Shown one piece after another: positions 37,310 through 47,330 of a stretch of 64,000 nt of DNA; the first letter of the stretch is position 1, and each line of letters starts with the position of its first letter. The notes beneath the pieces were generated by a model, which saw only the letters and a program-made list of their open reading frames with translations, was not told the origin of the DNA and made no database searches. Made by a program: the position numbers and the translations under genes. The stretch is from Bacillota bacterium. Lineage in GTDB: Bacteria > Bacillota_I > Bacilli_A > RF39 > UBA660. The stretch spans positions 565,525 through 629,524 of the forward strand of contig SVAI01000001.1 in assembly GCA_015059495.1 (NCBI GenBank). The letters run 5' to 3'.

Positions 37310-38929
37310 TCACATTGAAATTGATTCATACATATTAAACATTGGAACTAATATTGAAATTACGATGATACCAACTATTCCAGCTAGCATAACAATCATA
37401 ATTGGCTCAATTAAACTCTTTAATGTACCAATGATTGTTCTATGTTGTTCTTGGAAGTGATGTGCAACTGTACCCATCATTTCAGCTAACTGACCAGTAG
37501 ATTCACCTGTAACAATCATGTAATAAGCAACATCTGGAACAGCCCATTGATCTTTAAATGCTTCAGATATCTTATCACCAGCAGCAATGTTATTAACTGT
37601 ATTAACCATTATTTCTTTATATATTTCATTGTTAGTAATCTTACTTAAGATATCAATACTTTCAGTTATTTGTACATTATTTCTAAGTAATGATGAGAAT
37701 GTTTTAGAAAATATTGTCATTTCATTATAAATAATAATATTACCAATAACAGGCATATGCATTAAAGCAATTTGCATATATCGTCTAAATGATTTAACTT
37801 TCTTAAACATAAATACTATTAATATTATTATAAGCACTGCTGTTATAAATATTTTAATACCATTAGCTTTAATATAATCAGATAAATTTAATAATGTTAA
37901 TGTTAAACCAGATAACTCAACATCCATTGATTTATAAATATCACTAAATTGTGGAATAACATACAATAAGATAAATCCAACAACTGTTAATGCAAATAAT
38001 GTAACAATAACTGGATAAGTCATAGCACTAACCATATCTTTTCTTGTTGTTTCAATATCAGTGTAATAATCTATCATATCTTCTAATGTTTCTTCTAACT
38101 CACCTGTTGCTTCAGCAGCTTTTAACATGTTAATTAAAAGTGGTGGGAAAATATTACCTTGCTTTTCCATAGCCTCTGAGAACGCAGCACCCATAGTAAG
38201 TTCATATACAATTGATTGATAAATACCTAACTTAGACTTATTCTTTGTTGACTGATTCATAATAATCTTCATTGCTTCAGTTAATGTAATACCTGCTTTA
38301 ATATATGTAGATAACTGAGTTAAAAAGAATATTACATCTTTATTTTTAAATTTTGATTTAAATAAAGATTTTTGTCCATACAACAAATCTATTAATTGAT
38401 TATTTTCTATATAAAAAGGTTCATTACCTTCATTTAACAAATATGAGTTAACATCTAATTTAGAAAAACCATATAATCTACCAGTTACAACTTTTTTATT
38501 AGGAGTAAGTGCTTTATATACATACATCTTACCCTTAACAGTATCAGTTATTTCTTCACCTTTTTTAAGTTCTTCTTGTAATAATTTCTTTTTCTCTTCT
38601 ATTTCTTCTAATTTTTTACCAGAAACTTCTTTTGGAGCACCCATATCAGAATTAAGCATCTTCCAAATCTTAGCTAAAATACTAGGTTTTTCAGCATTAG
38701 GATCAACTGCTTGTTTTGTTGATTGATATACTTTATCAACTTTACTACTAGTCTTAGCAAATATACCTGCTAAAGGTTTAAAGATAAAACCAAATACAGT
38801 TTTTAAAGTTAAAATAGCATATTTAAAAATTAAACCAAATGACTCAAAAATATCATCAAAAATAGTATTTTCTTCAGTTTTAACAACTTTTTTAACGTTA
38901 TTAATTTTTGCACCCTTTTTATCAGCCAT
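37310..38929 (-). CDS. Type II secretion system F-family platform protein (PilC/ComGB-like) with a long N-terminal extension
   Basis: T2SSF domain (…LTQLSTYIKAGITLTEAMKIIMNQ…AAEATGELEETLEDM…) and three TM segments. Size 539 aa. Confidence 0.7.
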   Translation of the reverse strand: MADKKGAKINNVKKVVKTEENTIFDDIFESFGLIFKYAILTLKTVFGFIFKPLAGIFAKTSSKVDKVYQSTKQAVDPNAEKPSILAKIWKMLNSDMGAPKEVSGKKLEEIEEKKKLLQEELKKGEEITDTVKGKMYVYKALTPNKKVVTGRLYGFSKLDVNSYLLNEGNEPFYIENNQLIDLLYGQKSLFKSKFKNKDVIFFLTQLSTYIKAGITLTEAMKIIMNQSTKNKSKLGIYQSIVYELTMGAAFSEAMEKQGNIFPPLLINMLKAAEATGELEETLEDMIDYYTDIETTRKDMVSAMTYPVIVTLFALTVVGFILLYVIPQFSDIYKSMDVELSGLTLTLLNLSDYIKANGIKIFITAVLIIILIVFMFKKVKSFRRYMQIALMHMPVIGNIIIYNEMTIFSKTFSSLLRNNVQITESIDILSKITNNEIYKEIMVNTVNNIAAGDKISEAFKDQWAVPDVAYYMIVTGESTGQLAEMMGTVAHHFQEQHRTIIGTLKSLIEPIMIVMLAGIVGIIVISILVPMFNMYESISM

Positions 38930-38974
38930 AACTAAGACTCCTATTCTTAAAATAGTATACCATAAATAATATTA

Positions 38975-39014
38975 AAATAAAATAAAAAAGTGTTTACTTT
39001 ACTTCGTAAACACT
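38975..39014 (-). terminator. Terminator of the rplU-prp-rpmA operon
   Basis: Hairpin agtgtttac..gtaaacact overlapping the rpmA stop, then a U-run on the minus strand. Confidence 0.5.
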
Positions 39015-39281
39015 AACTTGTTTTTTATTTTTTCCTATTCTTTCATATTTAACTACACCAGCAATTTTAGCAAATAGTGTATCATCAGAACCTCTACCAA
39101 CATTAACACCTGGATTAATTTTAGTTCCTCTTTGACGATATAAAATTGAACCAGCAGTAACAGTTTGTCCGTCAGCAGCTTTAGCACCTAATCTACGACC
39201 AGCACTATCTCTACCGTTTTGAGTAGAAGATTGACCTTTTTTATGAGCGAATAATTGAATATTTAACTTTAAAAAATTCAT
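38994..39281 (-). CDS. rpmA: 50S ribosomal protein L27 with the Firmicute-type cleavable N-terminal extension
   Basis: [11 protein letters not shown]|[21 protein letters not shown]... The propeptide is followed by the conserved AHKKG start of mature L27. Confidence 0.9.
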   Translation of the reverse strand: MNFLKLNIQLFAHKKGQSSTQNGRDSAGRRLGAKAADGQTVTAGSILYRQRGTKINPGVNVGRGSDDTLFAKIAGVVKYERIGKNKKQVSVYEVK

Positions 39282-39285
39282 AATC

Positions 39286-39585
39286 TTATCCTCCTATTTT
39301 AATATTTTTTGGATAGTCTTTAGCAAGATCTTCTAACATCATAATCATGTTATCTAATAACTTACTTGCCATTTCACTATCATTATTAGTAATTAAAATA
39401 TCTCCTTCATTAGCACTATAAGTAATCGCTTTATTATCTAAAGCAATTATATTATTTATAGTTGTAGTAGCAATAGACGATACTGCACTACATACTATAT
39501 CCTTGCCATAATCAGCAAAATCAGCATGACCAGATATTTTAACTTCCTTAATTAAATTGTCTTTAATTATACTTACTTTAATCAT
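39286..39585 (-). CDS. prp: Ribosomal-processing cysteine protease Prp (YsxB family)
   Basis: A 99-aa gene between rplU and rpmA with a catalytic-dyad context (…[19 protein letters not shown]…). Confidence 0.8.
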   Translation of the reverse strand: MIKVSIIKDNLIKEVKISGHADFADYGKDIVCSAVSSIATTTINNIIALDNKAITYSANEGDILITNNDSEMASKLLDNMIMMLEDLAKDYPKNIKIGG

Positions 39586-39587
39586 AA

Positions 39588-39890
39588 TTACTTAACGATC
39601 TTCTTAACAACTAACTTAGTATAAGGTTGTCTATGACCTTTAGTTCTTCTAGAAGTAGTTGTTTTATTTTTATAAGTAAATACTTTAATCTTCTTTGCTT
39701 TTCCGTTTTTTACAACTTCACAAACTACTTTAGCACCAGCAACAGTTGGAGTTCCAACTTCACCGTCAACCATTAATACTTCATCAAATGTTACTTCATC
39801 TTTTTCTTTAACATCTAATTTTTCAACGAATACTTCGTCATTTTCAGATACTAAATATTGTTTACCACCAGTAACAAATATAGCTTTCAT
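39588..39890 (-). CDS. rplU: 50S ribosomal protein L21
   Basis: [25 protein letters not shown]... matches L21 over its full length. Confidence 0.9.
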   Translation of the reverse strand: MKAIFVTGGKQYLVSENDEVFVEKLDVKEKDEVTFDEVLMVDGEVGTPTVAGAKVVCEVVKNGKAKKIKVFTYKNKTTTSRRTKGHRQPYTKLVVKKIVK

Positions 39891-40024
39891 TAAATTCCCT
39901 CCTTTATAATTTTATAAGACTCGCCTTTAAGGTGGTATTAACTACTCTTTAACCTTTTCAGTGCGGTTTTAAAGAAAGCCTTTAAAACATATAAAATTCT
40001 ATCAAATATCTAACAAAAAGTCAA
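39891..40024 (-). promoter_or_regulatory. rplU promoter (TTGACT-17-TAGAAT at 39996-40024) plus a structured leader of about 100 nt (possible L21-leader autoregulatory element)
   Basis: Near-consensus sigma-A promoter. The leader ggctttctttaaaaccgcactgaaaaggttaaagagtagttaataccaccttaaaggcgagtc is GC-enriched and stem-forming, ahead of an AGGAGGG RBS. Firmicute rplU operons are known to carry an L21 leader. Confidence 0.4.
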
Positions 40025-40058
40025 TAAATAAAAGAAAAGAATAGCATATTTGCTATTC
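40025..40058 (-). terminator. Terminator of the DUF285 gene at 40058-42673
   Basis: Hairpin gaatagca-tatt-tgctattc overlapping the TAG stop, then a U-run on the minus strand. Confidence 0.5.
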
Positions 40059-42673
40059 TATGTAGTCTTTAAAGTAAAATATCCCGGACTTGATGTTCCA
40101 CCATCCACTTTAGCATATTTTGCAGTATCCGCAGTAGATGAATAAGAAGTTCCAGCACTACCCCTAAGATAATTATGTTTACTAAACACAATCTTAGTTA
40201 ATAAACTTTCCGGAACACTCCATGAACTTCCAACATATATAGTTCTCATATTATTAATATTATAGAACATTCCATCTATTTTAGTAACTTTATTAATATT
40301 AAAAGAAGATAGATCAAGTGTTGTTAATGCTGAGCAGCCATTAAACATATTATTCATACTAGTTACAATTTCAGTGTTAAAACTACTAATATTTAAATTA
40401 CTTAAACTACTCATATCTTTAAACATAGCTTCCATATATTTTGTCTTAGCAGTATTAAAATGACTTAAATCAAGGGCAGTTATTAGAGTTACACCACTGA
40501 ACATTTCAACCATATTTGTTACATTAGATGTATTAAAACTACTAATATTTAAACTTGTTAAACCACTCATACCACTTAACATATTTCTCATATTAGTTAC
40601 TTTCGCAGTATTAAAATGGCTTAAATTTAAACTACTAATCTTATTATCATTTCTAAACATATATGACATGTCAGTTACCCTTGAGGTGTCAAAACTACTA
40701 ATATTCAAATTAGTTAAATTAGTCATACCACTAAACATGTAATGCATATCACGCACTTTAGACGTATTAAAATTTCTTAAATCCAAACTTGTAATTTTAG
40801 ATAATCCTTCAAACACTCCTTGCATATATATAACATTAGAAGTATTAAAATTAGATACATCAAGTGAATTTAAATTTTTACAATAACTAAACATTTCCGT
40901 CATATTGGTTACATTCGAAGTATCTAAAAAACTTAAATCAATATGAGTTATGCCACTATGTGAAAACATTCTATTCATGCTAGTTACATTTGATGTATTA
41001 AAATTAGATAAATCAACAGTTTCAATATTTTCACAAAATTCAAACATAGCAGTCATGTTAATTACATTTGAAGTATTTATACGGCTTAAGTTAATACTTT
41101 GTAATTTACTCATTCTAGAAAACATATAAGACATATCTATAACGTTAAAAGTGTCAAAATTAGAAATATCAAGATCAGTTAAACCAGAAGAGTCATAAAA
41201 CATATAAGACATATCAGTAACATTTGAGGTATTAAAACTACTTACATTTAAATCAATTAACTTATAAGTATATTCAAACATACTCGACATACTCTTAACA
41301 TTTGAGGTATCAAAATTTAATAAATTTAATTCTTTAATTTCACTACAATAATAAAACATATATTTCATATCTTCCACACTAGATGTAACAAAACTACTCA
41401 CATCTAATGTACTGAGATTGGTTAGCCCCATAAACATACCAGCCATATTAGTTACATTTGAAGTATCAAAATTATGCAAATTCAATTGAGTTAATTGAGG
41501 AGACAAGTCATAACATCCAGAATTACAACCAATTTCAGCGCCATTAAAATGATGAAAAAGATAACCTGAATTACTATTACTATCTTCTAAAGTTGTACCT
41601 GTGTAAACAGCAAACATAAGATTCATATCTACAGTTTCAGAAGTATTAATATGACTTAAATCTATGTTATATAGATTTGTTAAATTTCTAAACATACTTG
41701 ATGCATCTCTATTTAGCATTACTTCATTAGCTTTAGAATATAAATATATAGTTCCTTCATCATACCAAGCAATCACTTCTACATCTGAATGTTCATCAGA
41801 AACAACTCTATTATTTTCAGGAATAACAACTTCACCCTGAACAAATTCAATATTAATAATATTAGTATCTATAATAAATTCATACATATTTGCTGCCATA
41901 AAATCATTGTAAGATCTTAAAAATAGCTCATAATATTCGCTATAGTCATAAAATGGATTTTGAGCTTCTTCAGAATTAAAATACTCATATTCTTCTTCAT
42001 AATCACTCTTTACCTCATTATATTCATCTAAAAATTCTTGAGAAGGAACATCTCCAGCTAATTCTTTAATAATTTGATTAAATTCAGATCCCTTAACCAA
42101 AGTAGCAATGTCACTTGTTTTTTTATTAACAGTATTTACTGTAACCTTTGAATAAAAAGTTTTTTCTTCGACTTGATTAGCTTTTGCATCATAATCTATC
42201 CACATAATAAGATTAAAAGATTTACTTCGACTTGGTTGTAATATACCGGTACTAATAGTCTTAGATGATATTGCATTATCATTAACATAAATACTTGAAC
42301 TATTTTCAGATAAAGTTCCTAATATTTTAGAAGCGCCACCATCTAGTTTATATCTAACAGCATTAAGATCCATTGTTGAACCGGTTAATGTTTCAATATT
42401 AATATAATAGTCCATAGTTTGATTACAAATATTAGTTATTGAAAAAGTATATGGTTCAAGCTTTTCTGCCTTACTTTCTTTCATAGGTAAAGCGGATAGT
42501 AATCTAATATCATTTGCATCTTCAAAAGCAACTTTAAAACAATTAGTTCCAAAAGCATTAGAACCATCTTGTGATACATTAAAAATATAGTACGCATAAG
42601 ATAAACCAATAGAAATACTTAAAATCAAAAGTATTCCAATAACAAGAATTAAAACTCTCTTTTTTTTATTCAT
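40058..42673 (-). CDS. Secreted DUF285/BspA-like repeat protein (871 aa) with a SipW-type signal and TasA-like N-terminal domain
   Basis: N-terminus MNKKKRVLILVIGILLILSISIGLSYAYYIFNVSQDGSNAFGTNCFKVAF...PYTFSITNICN...NLIMWIDYDA. More than 20 tandem repeats of about 22 aa (LDxSxFNTSNVTxMxxMF). C-terminus ...RGSAGTSYSS...YAKVDGG..SPGYFTLKTT. Confidence 0.7.
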   Translation of the reverse strand: MNKKKRVLILVIGILLILSISIGLSYAYYIFNVSQDGSNAFGTNCFKVAFEDANDIRLLSALPMKESKAEKLEPYTFSITNICNQTMDYYINIETLTGSTMDLNAVRYKLDGGASKILGTLSENSSSIYVNDNAISSKTISTGILQPSRSKSFNLIMWIDYDAKANQVEEKTFYSKVTVNTVNKKTSDIATLVKGSEFNQIIKELAGDVPSQEFLDEYNEVKSDYEEEYEYFNSEEAQNPFYDYSEYYELFLRSYNDFMAANMYEFIIDTNIINIEFVQGEVVIPENNRVVSDEHSDVEVIAWYDEGTIYLYSKANEVMLNRDASSMFRNLTNLYNIDLSHINTSETVDMNLMFAVYTGTTLEDSNSNSGYLFHHFNGAEIGCNSGCYDLSPQLTQLNLHNFDTSNVTNMAGMFMGLTNLSTLDVSSFVTSSVEDMKYMFYYCSEIKELNLLNFDTSNVKSMSSMFEYTYKLIDLNVSSFNTSNVTDMSYMFYDSSGLTDLDISNFDTFNVIDMSYMFSRMSKLQSINLSRINTSNVINMTAMFEFCENIETVDLSNFNTSNVTSMNRMFSHSGITHIDLSFLDTSNVTNMTEMFSYCKNLNSLDVSNFNTSNVIYMQGVFEGLSKITSLDLRNFNTSKVRDMHYMFSGMTNLTNLNISSFDTSRVTDMSYMFRNDNKISSLNLSHFNTAKVTNMRNMLSGMSGLTSLNISSFNTSNVTNMVEMFSGVTLITALDLSHFNTAKTKYMEAMFKDMSSLSNLNISSFNTEIVTSMNNMFNGCSALTTLDLSSFNINKVTKIDGMFYNINNMRTIYVGSSWSVPESLLTKIVFSKHNYLRGSAGTSYSSTADTAKYAKVDGGTSSPGYFTLKTT

Positions 42674-42686
42674 CTGCCACTCCTCC

Positions 42687-44987
42687 TCATACAGTCTTTA
42701 AGGTTAAGTACCCAGGTTTATTATTAGCTGGATCATCTACACGAGCATAAGTTCCGGAAGTTTTACTAGAATTATATACAGTACCAGCTCCACCAACAAT
42801 ATTAGTTAAATTTTTAAAAACATTTGAAAACTTAGATAAAGTAGAACTTTTCCAATTAGCACCAACATAAATAGTTTTCAAACTACTACCTGAACTAGAG
42901 CCCTCAAACATACTACTTCCCTGCGTAACACTACTTGTATCAAAACTACTTAAATCTAAAGTCACAATACTATCCATTTTTGCAAACATAGAAGACATAC
43001 TTGTAACTTTTGAAGTATCGAAACTACTTACATTCAAATTAACCAATCCACTAGCGCCATTGAACATGCTTTCCATAATTCTAACATTAGATGTATTAAA
43101 AAAACTTAAATCAAGAGACTCTAACCTTGTTAAATCACTAAACATTTCATTCATATATATAACATTAGATGTATCAAAATGATCTCCAAAATTAATTGAA
43201 GTTAACAAAGACATTTTAGAAAACATTTTCATCATACTTTGTACACTCGAAGTATTAAAATATGATAAATCTAATGTTGTTAACTTACCACATTCGCTAA
43301 ACATACCCGACATATCAATTACACTAGAAGTATTAAATGAGGAAAAATCAATTGATTCTAGATTACAACCTTTAAACATATAATCCATATAAAGTACATT
43401 AGACGTATCAAAATTAGAAATATCTAGCATTGACATATTTAAACCAGAAAACATATTACCCATATCAACAACTTTTGATGTATTAAAACTGCTAACATCT
43501 AACGAGGTTATTGATGAATTTGCAAACATATAGCGCATACCTTTAACATTCGATGTATCAAAATTGCTTATATCAACTGAAGGTACATGTAATTTATAAA
43601 ACATACACGACATATTTGTTACATTCGAAGTATCAAATTTACTTAAATCCAATTGAAATTGCCATGATGAACTATCAAACATATGCGCCATATTTACTAC
43701 CTGTGATGTATCAAAATTTGACAAATCTGGTGCATAAAGGCCATTAATATTTGAAAACATAAATGACATATCTGTTACACTTGATGTATCAAAATGGCTT
43801 ACATCTATTTTTGAAAACGAAGAATTATAAAACATTCCCATCATATTTTTAACATTTGAAGTATCAAAATCTGACAATTCTAAATCAGTTAAATAATAAT
43901 TCTTATAAAACATAAATGACATATTTTCTGAATAAGAAGTATCAAATTTACTAAAATCAATATCTTCTAATACTTGTAACGCTGCAAACATATAAGAAGA
44001 ATCAATAGTTGCAAATTTTTCATCAACAGTATATATATAAATAGTGTCATCATCTAACCACATTATTATATCGTTTTTAGAATCATCACTAGATATTTTT
44101 TCACTCTGCATTTCAGTAATATTTTCTGGTAAAACATCAGCCATAACAATATGTTTAACTACTCTATCGCTATGAGTCCAATAAATACTTTCAACATTAG
44201 TATTATAAGTTAACGCAAGTTCATCACAACTATTGTTTGCTGATGCAATAATGGAAATATACTCATTCCAATCTATGCTGCCATTACTTATTGATGAGTA
44301 ATCTCCATTACAAATGGCGATTGACAGTTCCCTTTTAGTATTATAATCATTTATTTCATCTTGAGTTGGATTAAAGCCAGCCAACTTTTTTATAGCCTTA
44401 TTAATTTGAAATCCTGATGCTAATTTTGAATTCAATTCAGCTCTTGCACTAACCACAACCTTAGATACAAACATTTTATTTCCAGATTGTTCATATGTTG
44501 CATCTTCATCAATCCATGCTTTAATTTGAAACGATTTTTCTTCACCCGCTGATATATAGCCTGTTCCAACTTTTTTTGATGAGATTGCATTACTATTAGC
44601 ATAATAATCTAGTCCATTATCTTCTAAGCTACCCAGAATCGCTGACTCATCATTATCTAATTTAACTCTTATTGCATCCAAATCCATAGTATTATTCTCT
44701 AAAGTTTCAATATTTATATTATAGGCCATATCATAACTACATACATTTTTTATAGAAAAGGAAAATGGCACAATCTCTTGTGCTTCTTCTTCACTAATAG
44801 GAATAGCATCACCAATATTTAATGCATCCCCTTCGTTAAAAGATAATCTAAAACATTCACCAACAATAGCATTATAACCACTTTGAGATATACCAAACAT
44901 ATAATAAGCATAAGAAGCACTAACAATAAAACATAGCACAAGCATTATACTTAAACACAACAAAAAGATCTTATACTTACCCTTCAT
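42687..44987 (-). CDS. Secreted DUF285/BspA-like repeat protein (766 aa) with a SipW-type signal and TasA-like N-terminal domain
   Basis: N-terminus MKGKYKIFLLCLSIMLVLCFIVSASYAYYMFGISQSGY...PFSFSIKNVC...QIKAWIDEDA. DUF285 repeats follow. C-terminus GGAGTVYNSS..YARVDDPANNKPGYLTLKTV. It is separated from the previous gene by only 13 nt. Confidence 0.7.
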   Translation of the reverse strand: MKGKYKIFLLCLSIMLVLCFIVSASYAYYMFGISQSGYNAIVGECFRLSFNEGDALNIGDAIPISEEEAQEIVPFSFSIKNVCSYDMAYNINIETLENNTMDLDAIRVKLDNDESAILGSLEDNGLDYYANSNAISSKKVGTGYISAGEEKSFQIKAWIDEDATYEQSGNKMFVSKVVVSARAELNSKLASGFQINKAIKKLAGFNPTQDEINDYNTKRELSIAICNGDYSSISNGSIDWNEYISIIASANNSCDELALTYNTNVESIYWTHSDRVVKHIVMADVLPENITEMQSEKISSDDSKNDIIMWLDDDTIYIYTVDEKFATIDSSYMFAALQVLEDIDFSKFDTSYSENMSFMFYKNYYLTDLELSDFDTSNVKNMMGMFYNSSFSKIDVSHFDTSSVTDMSFMFSNINGLYAPDLSNFDTSQVVNMAHMFDSSSWQFQLDLSKFDTSNVTNMSCMFYKLHVPSVDISNFDTSNVKGMRYMFANSSITSLDVSSFNTSKVVDMGNMFSGLNMSMLDISNFDTSNVLYMDYMFKGCNLESIDFSSFNTSSVIDMSGMFSECGKLTTLDLSYFNTSSVQSMMKMFSKMSLLTSINFGDHFDTSNVIYMNEMFSDLTRLESLDLSFFNTSNVRIMESMFNGASGLVNLNVSSFDTSKVTSMSSMFAKMDSIVTLDLSSFDTSSVTQGSSMFEGSSSGSSLKTIYVGANWKSSTLSKFSNVFKNLTNIVGGAGTVYNSSKTSGTYARVDDPANNKPGYLTLKTV

Positions 44988-45163
44988 ATAAACTCCTACT
45001 TGTTTTCATCGTGTTATTTTTATCATGTCTTACTTATTCTAACAAAAGTATATCATAACTACTCCATATATAAAAGAAAAAACGATAAGATTATAGAAAT
45101 TTTATTCGCTGTTTATAGAAATAAAAAAAGTAGCAATTATTAAATTGCTACTTTTTTGCTATT

Positions 45164-47005
45164 CTATTCATCTGGTATATCAGAAAAATATCCAGGTTGT
45201 CCTTCTTTATCTATAACAGCATATGTTACATCAACATTTCTAAAATTGTAAGTAGTTCCATTTTGACCTACTAAATTATTACATGAAGAGAACATACTAT
45301 CACTTGTAGTTATATTAGTATTATCCCATTTATCACTTACATATATAGTAGTTAAAGCACTCATATTAGAGAACATATGAGAAGTAGTAGTAACATTACT
45401 TGTATTAAACATTGTTAAATTTAACGTTTTAAGCTTATATGCTCCATCAAACATATAACCCATATCAGTTACATTTGATGTATTAAATTTTATACCTAAA
45501 TATATATCAGAAGCAGAACAATATCTAAACATATATGCCATATTAGTAACTTTTGATGTATCAAATTTATCCCCTAAGTCTAAATTACTAATAGAATTTA
45601 ATCCATAGAACATATTAGACATATCAGTTACATTTGATGTATTAAATTTATCCCCTAAATCTAAAGAAGTTAATTTATTTAATGAATTAAACATATGATT
45701 CATATCAGTTACATTTGAAGTATCAAACTTATCTCCAAAATTTAAAGTAGTTAACTTAACAGCATTACCAAACATAGTAGCCATATTAGTAACTTTTGAT
45801 GTATCAAACTTATCTCCTAAATCTAATGAAGTTATAGCTTTTAATCCACTAAACATATTAGACATATCAGTTACATTTGAGGTATCAAAATAATTACCTA
45901 AATCTAAACTAGTAATAACGTTTAACCCTGAAAACATAGATTTCATAGTGTTTACATTTGATGTATCAAACTTATCTCCTAAATCTAACTCTTGTAAACT
46001 ACTTGATCCAAAGAACATATAAGCCGTATTATTCATATTTGATGTATCGAAATTATCACCTAGATTTAAATGCTCTAATGCAGCATTAAGTGCAAACATA
46101 GTTTGTGCATTTACTACCTTAGAACTATCAAATTCACTAACATCAATATTTTTTATAGCAGACATTCTATAAAATATTTGATTTGAAGAACGATTATAGA
46201 ATATTTTACTTGCTTCAGAATAATAATAAACTATATTAGTATCACTATCTAACCATGCATAAACAGGATAACGTGAAGTACTTAAAGCAATATCAGTTGT
46301 ATTAACTCCTTCTGGAGGTGGAGTTAAACTCTTTTCAAACCCAACTATTGTTTCATCATAAGTAGTGGATTCATTAACGTCAGGATTTACCAATTTTTTT
46401 ATTCTAACATTAACAACAGAACCACCAGCTAATTCAGCTTCTTTATATGCAGGATTTAAAGTTGAAGCAACAACAACTTTAGATTCAAATGTTTTATCAG
46501 CACTTTGTTCAACAGTAGAATCTTCATCAACCCATAATTTTAAATTAAATGTTTTACTACTATTACCCATCAAAGAACCATTAGAAATAGTCTTAGATAA
46601 TAATACATTTTGATTAACAAAAGTAGCAGGATCATTATCTTCAATAGAACCTAAAATTTGTGAAAAATGATTATCTAATTTAAATCTAATTGCATTAATA
46701 TCTATATCACTAGTATTTAATTCCTCTATATTAATTTTATAATCAATAGATGAATTACATACATTACTAACAGTAAATGTATATGGCACTAAATCACCAA
46801 TATCTCTTTCACTCATAGGATAAGAATTTTCTAAACTAATAGCATTACTATCAGTATATTCTATTCTAAAACAATCACTGCTAAAAGTATTGTTTCCTTC
46901 TTGAGAAACACTAAAAATATAAAATGCATAAGTTAATCCAATTATTAAAGATAAAACTAGTAAAATACCAACTGATAATAATATAATCTTATTTTTCTTC
47001 TTCAT
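45164..47005 (-). CDS. Secreted DUF285/BspA-like repeat protein (about 613 aa) with a SipW-type signal and TasA-like N-terminal domain
   Basis: N-terminus MKKKNKIILLSVGILLVLSLIIGLTYAFYIFSVSQEGNN...PYTFTVSNVCN...NLKLWVDEDS. The repeats here are a variant form (LDLGDKFDTSNVTDMSNMF). C-terminus ...GQNGTTYNF..YAVIDKEGQPGYFSDIPDE. Confidence 0.7.
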   Translation of the reverse strand: MKKKNKIILLSVGILLVLSLIIGLTYAFYIFSVSQEGNNTFSSDCFRIEYTDSNAISLENSYPMSERDIGDLVPYTFTVSNVCNSSIDYKINIEELNTSDIDINAIRFKLDNHFSQILGSIEDNDPATFVNQNVLLSKTISNGSLMGNSSKTFNLKLWVDEDSTVEQSADKTFESKVVVASTLNPAYKEAELAGGSVVNVRIKKLVNPDVNESTTYDETIVGFEKSLTPPPEGVNTTDIALSTSRYPVYAWLDSDTNIVYYYSEASKIFYNRSSNQIFYRMSAIKNIDVSEFDSSKVVNAQTMFALNAALEHLNLGDNFDTSNMNNTAYMFFGSSSLQELDLGDKFDTSNVNTMKSMFSGLNVITSLDLGNYFDTSNVTDMSNMFSGLKAITSLDLGDKFDTSKVTNMATMFGNAVKLTTLNFGDKFDTSNVTDMNHMFNSLNKLTSLDLGDKFNTSNVTDMSNMFYGLNSISNLDLGDKFDTSKVTNMAYMFRYCSASDIYLGIKFNTSNVTDMGYMFDGAYKLKTLNLTMFNTSNVTTTSHMFSNMSALTTIYVSDKWDNTNITTSDSMFSSCNNLVGQNGTTYNFRNVDVTYAVIDKEGQPGYFSDIPDE

Positions 47006-47116
47006 AATTATCACCAATACTTTATTCTTTAATTATATTTTAACACAACAAATATAAATTATAAACAATAAATACATACTTTACACTCATAAATATAAAT
47101 AATTACAAATTAGATA

Positions 47117-47145
47117 TTGCATTTTTAAAAATAATGGTTTATAAT
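47117..47145 (+). promoter_or_regulatory. Sigma-A-type promoter for tRNA-Arg
   Basis: TTGCAT-17-TATAAT, about 20 nt upstream of tRNA position +1. Confidence 0.5.
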
Positions 47146-47165
47146 TATTCATGTCAGTTGATTAT

Positions 47166-47242
47166 GTTTCCGTAGCTCAGCTGGATAGAGCAATCGCCTT
47201 CTAAGCGATCGGTCAGGTGTTCGAATCACCTCGGAAACACCA
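47166..47242 (+). tRNA. tRNA-Arg (anticodon UCU), with genomically encoded CCA
   Basis: Cloverleaf read by hand. Acceptor stem gtttccg/cggaaac, D-arm gctc-agctggata-gagc, anticodon stem atcgc/gcgat with loop cUUCUaa, variable loop cggtc, T-arm aggtg-ttcgaat-cacct, discriminator A, CCA. Confidence 0.85.
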
Positions 47243-47253
47243 CTGTTAAAATT

Positions 47254-47283
47254 AAAGAACCATTTGGTTCTTTTTTCTTTTAT
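47254..47283 (+). terminator. Rho-independent terminator after tRNA-Arg
   Basis: Hairpin aaagaacc-attt-ggttcttt followed by TTTTCTTTT. Confidence 0.6.
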
Positions 47284-47289
47284 AAATAA

Positions 47290-47330
47290 AAAAAGAAGTA
47301 GAATTAAATTTCCATTAATTCTGCTTCTTT
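47290..47330 (-). terminator. Terminator of frr (convergent with the tRNA terminator)
   Basis: Minus-strand hairpin aagaagcagaattaa..ttaattctacttctt overlapping the frr stop, then a U-run. Confidence 0.5.

Noticed and set aside
40058-47017. The repetitive DNA of the DUF285 array considered as a possible CRISPR or other non-coding repeat array.
   Set aside because: The repeats are 66 nt, imperfect, in-frame and continuously coding, with no unique spacers and no cas genes. They are protein tandem repeats.
47018-47330. tRNA-Arg considered as the integration site of a mobile element carrying the DUF285 genes.
   Set aside because: There is no integrase, recombinase or transposase, and no direct repeat of the tRNA 3' end is visible in the window. 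It is kept only as context in the DUF285 finding.
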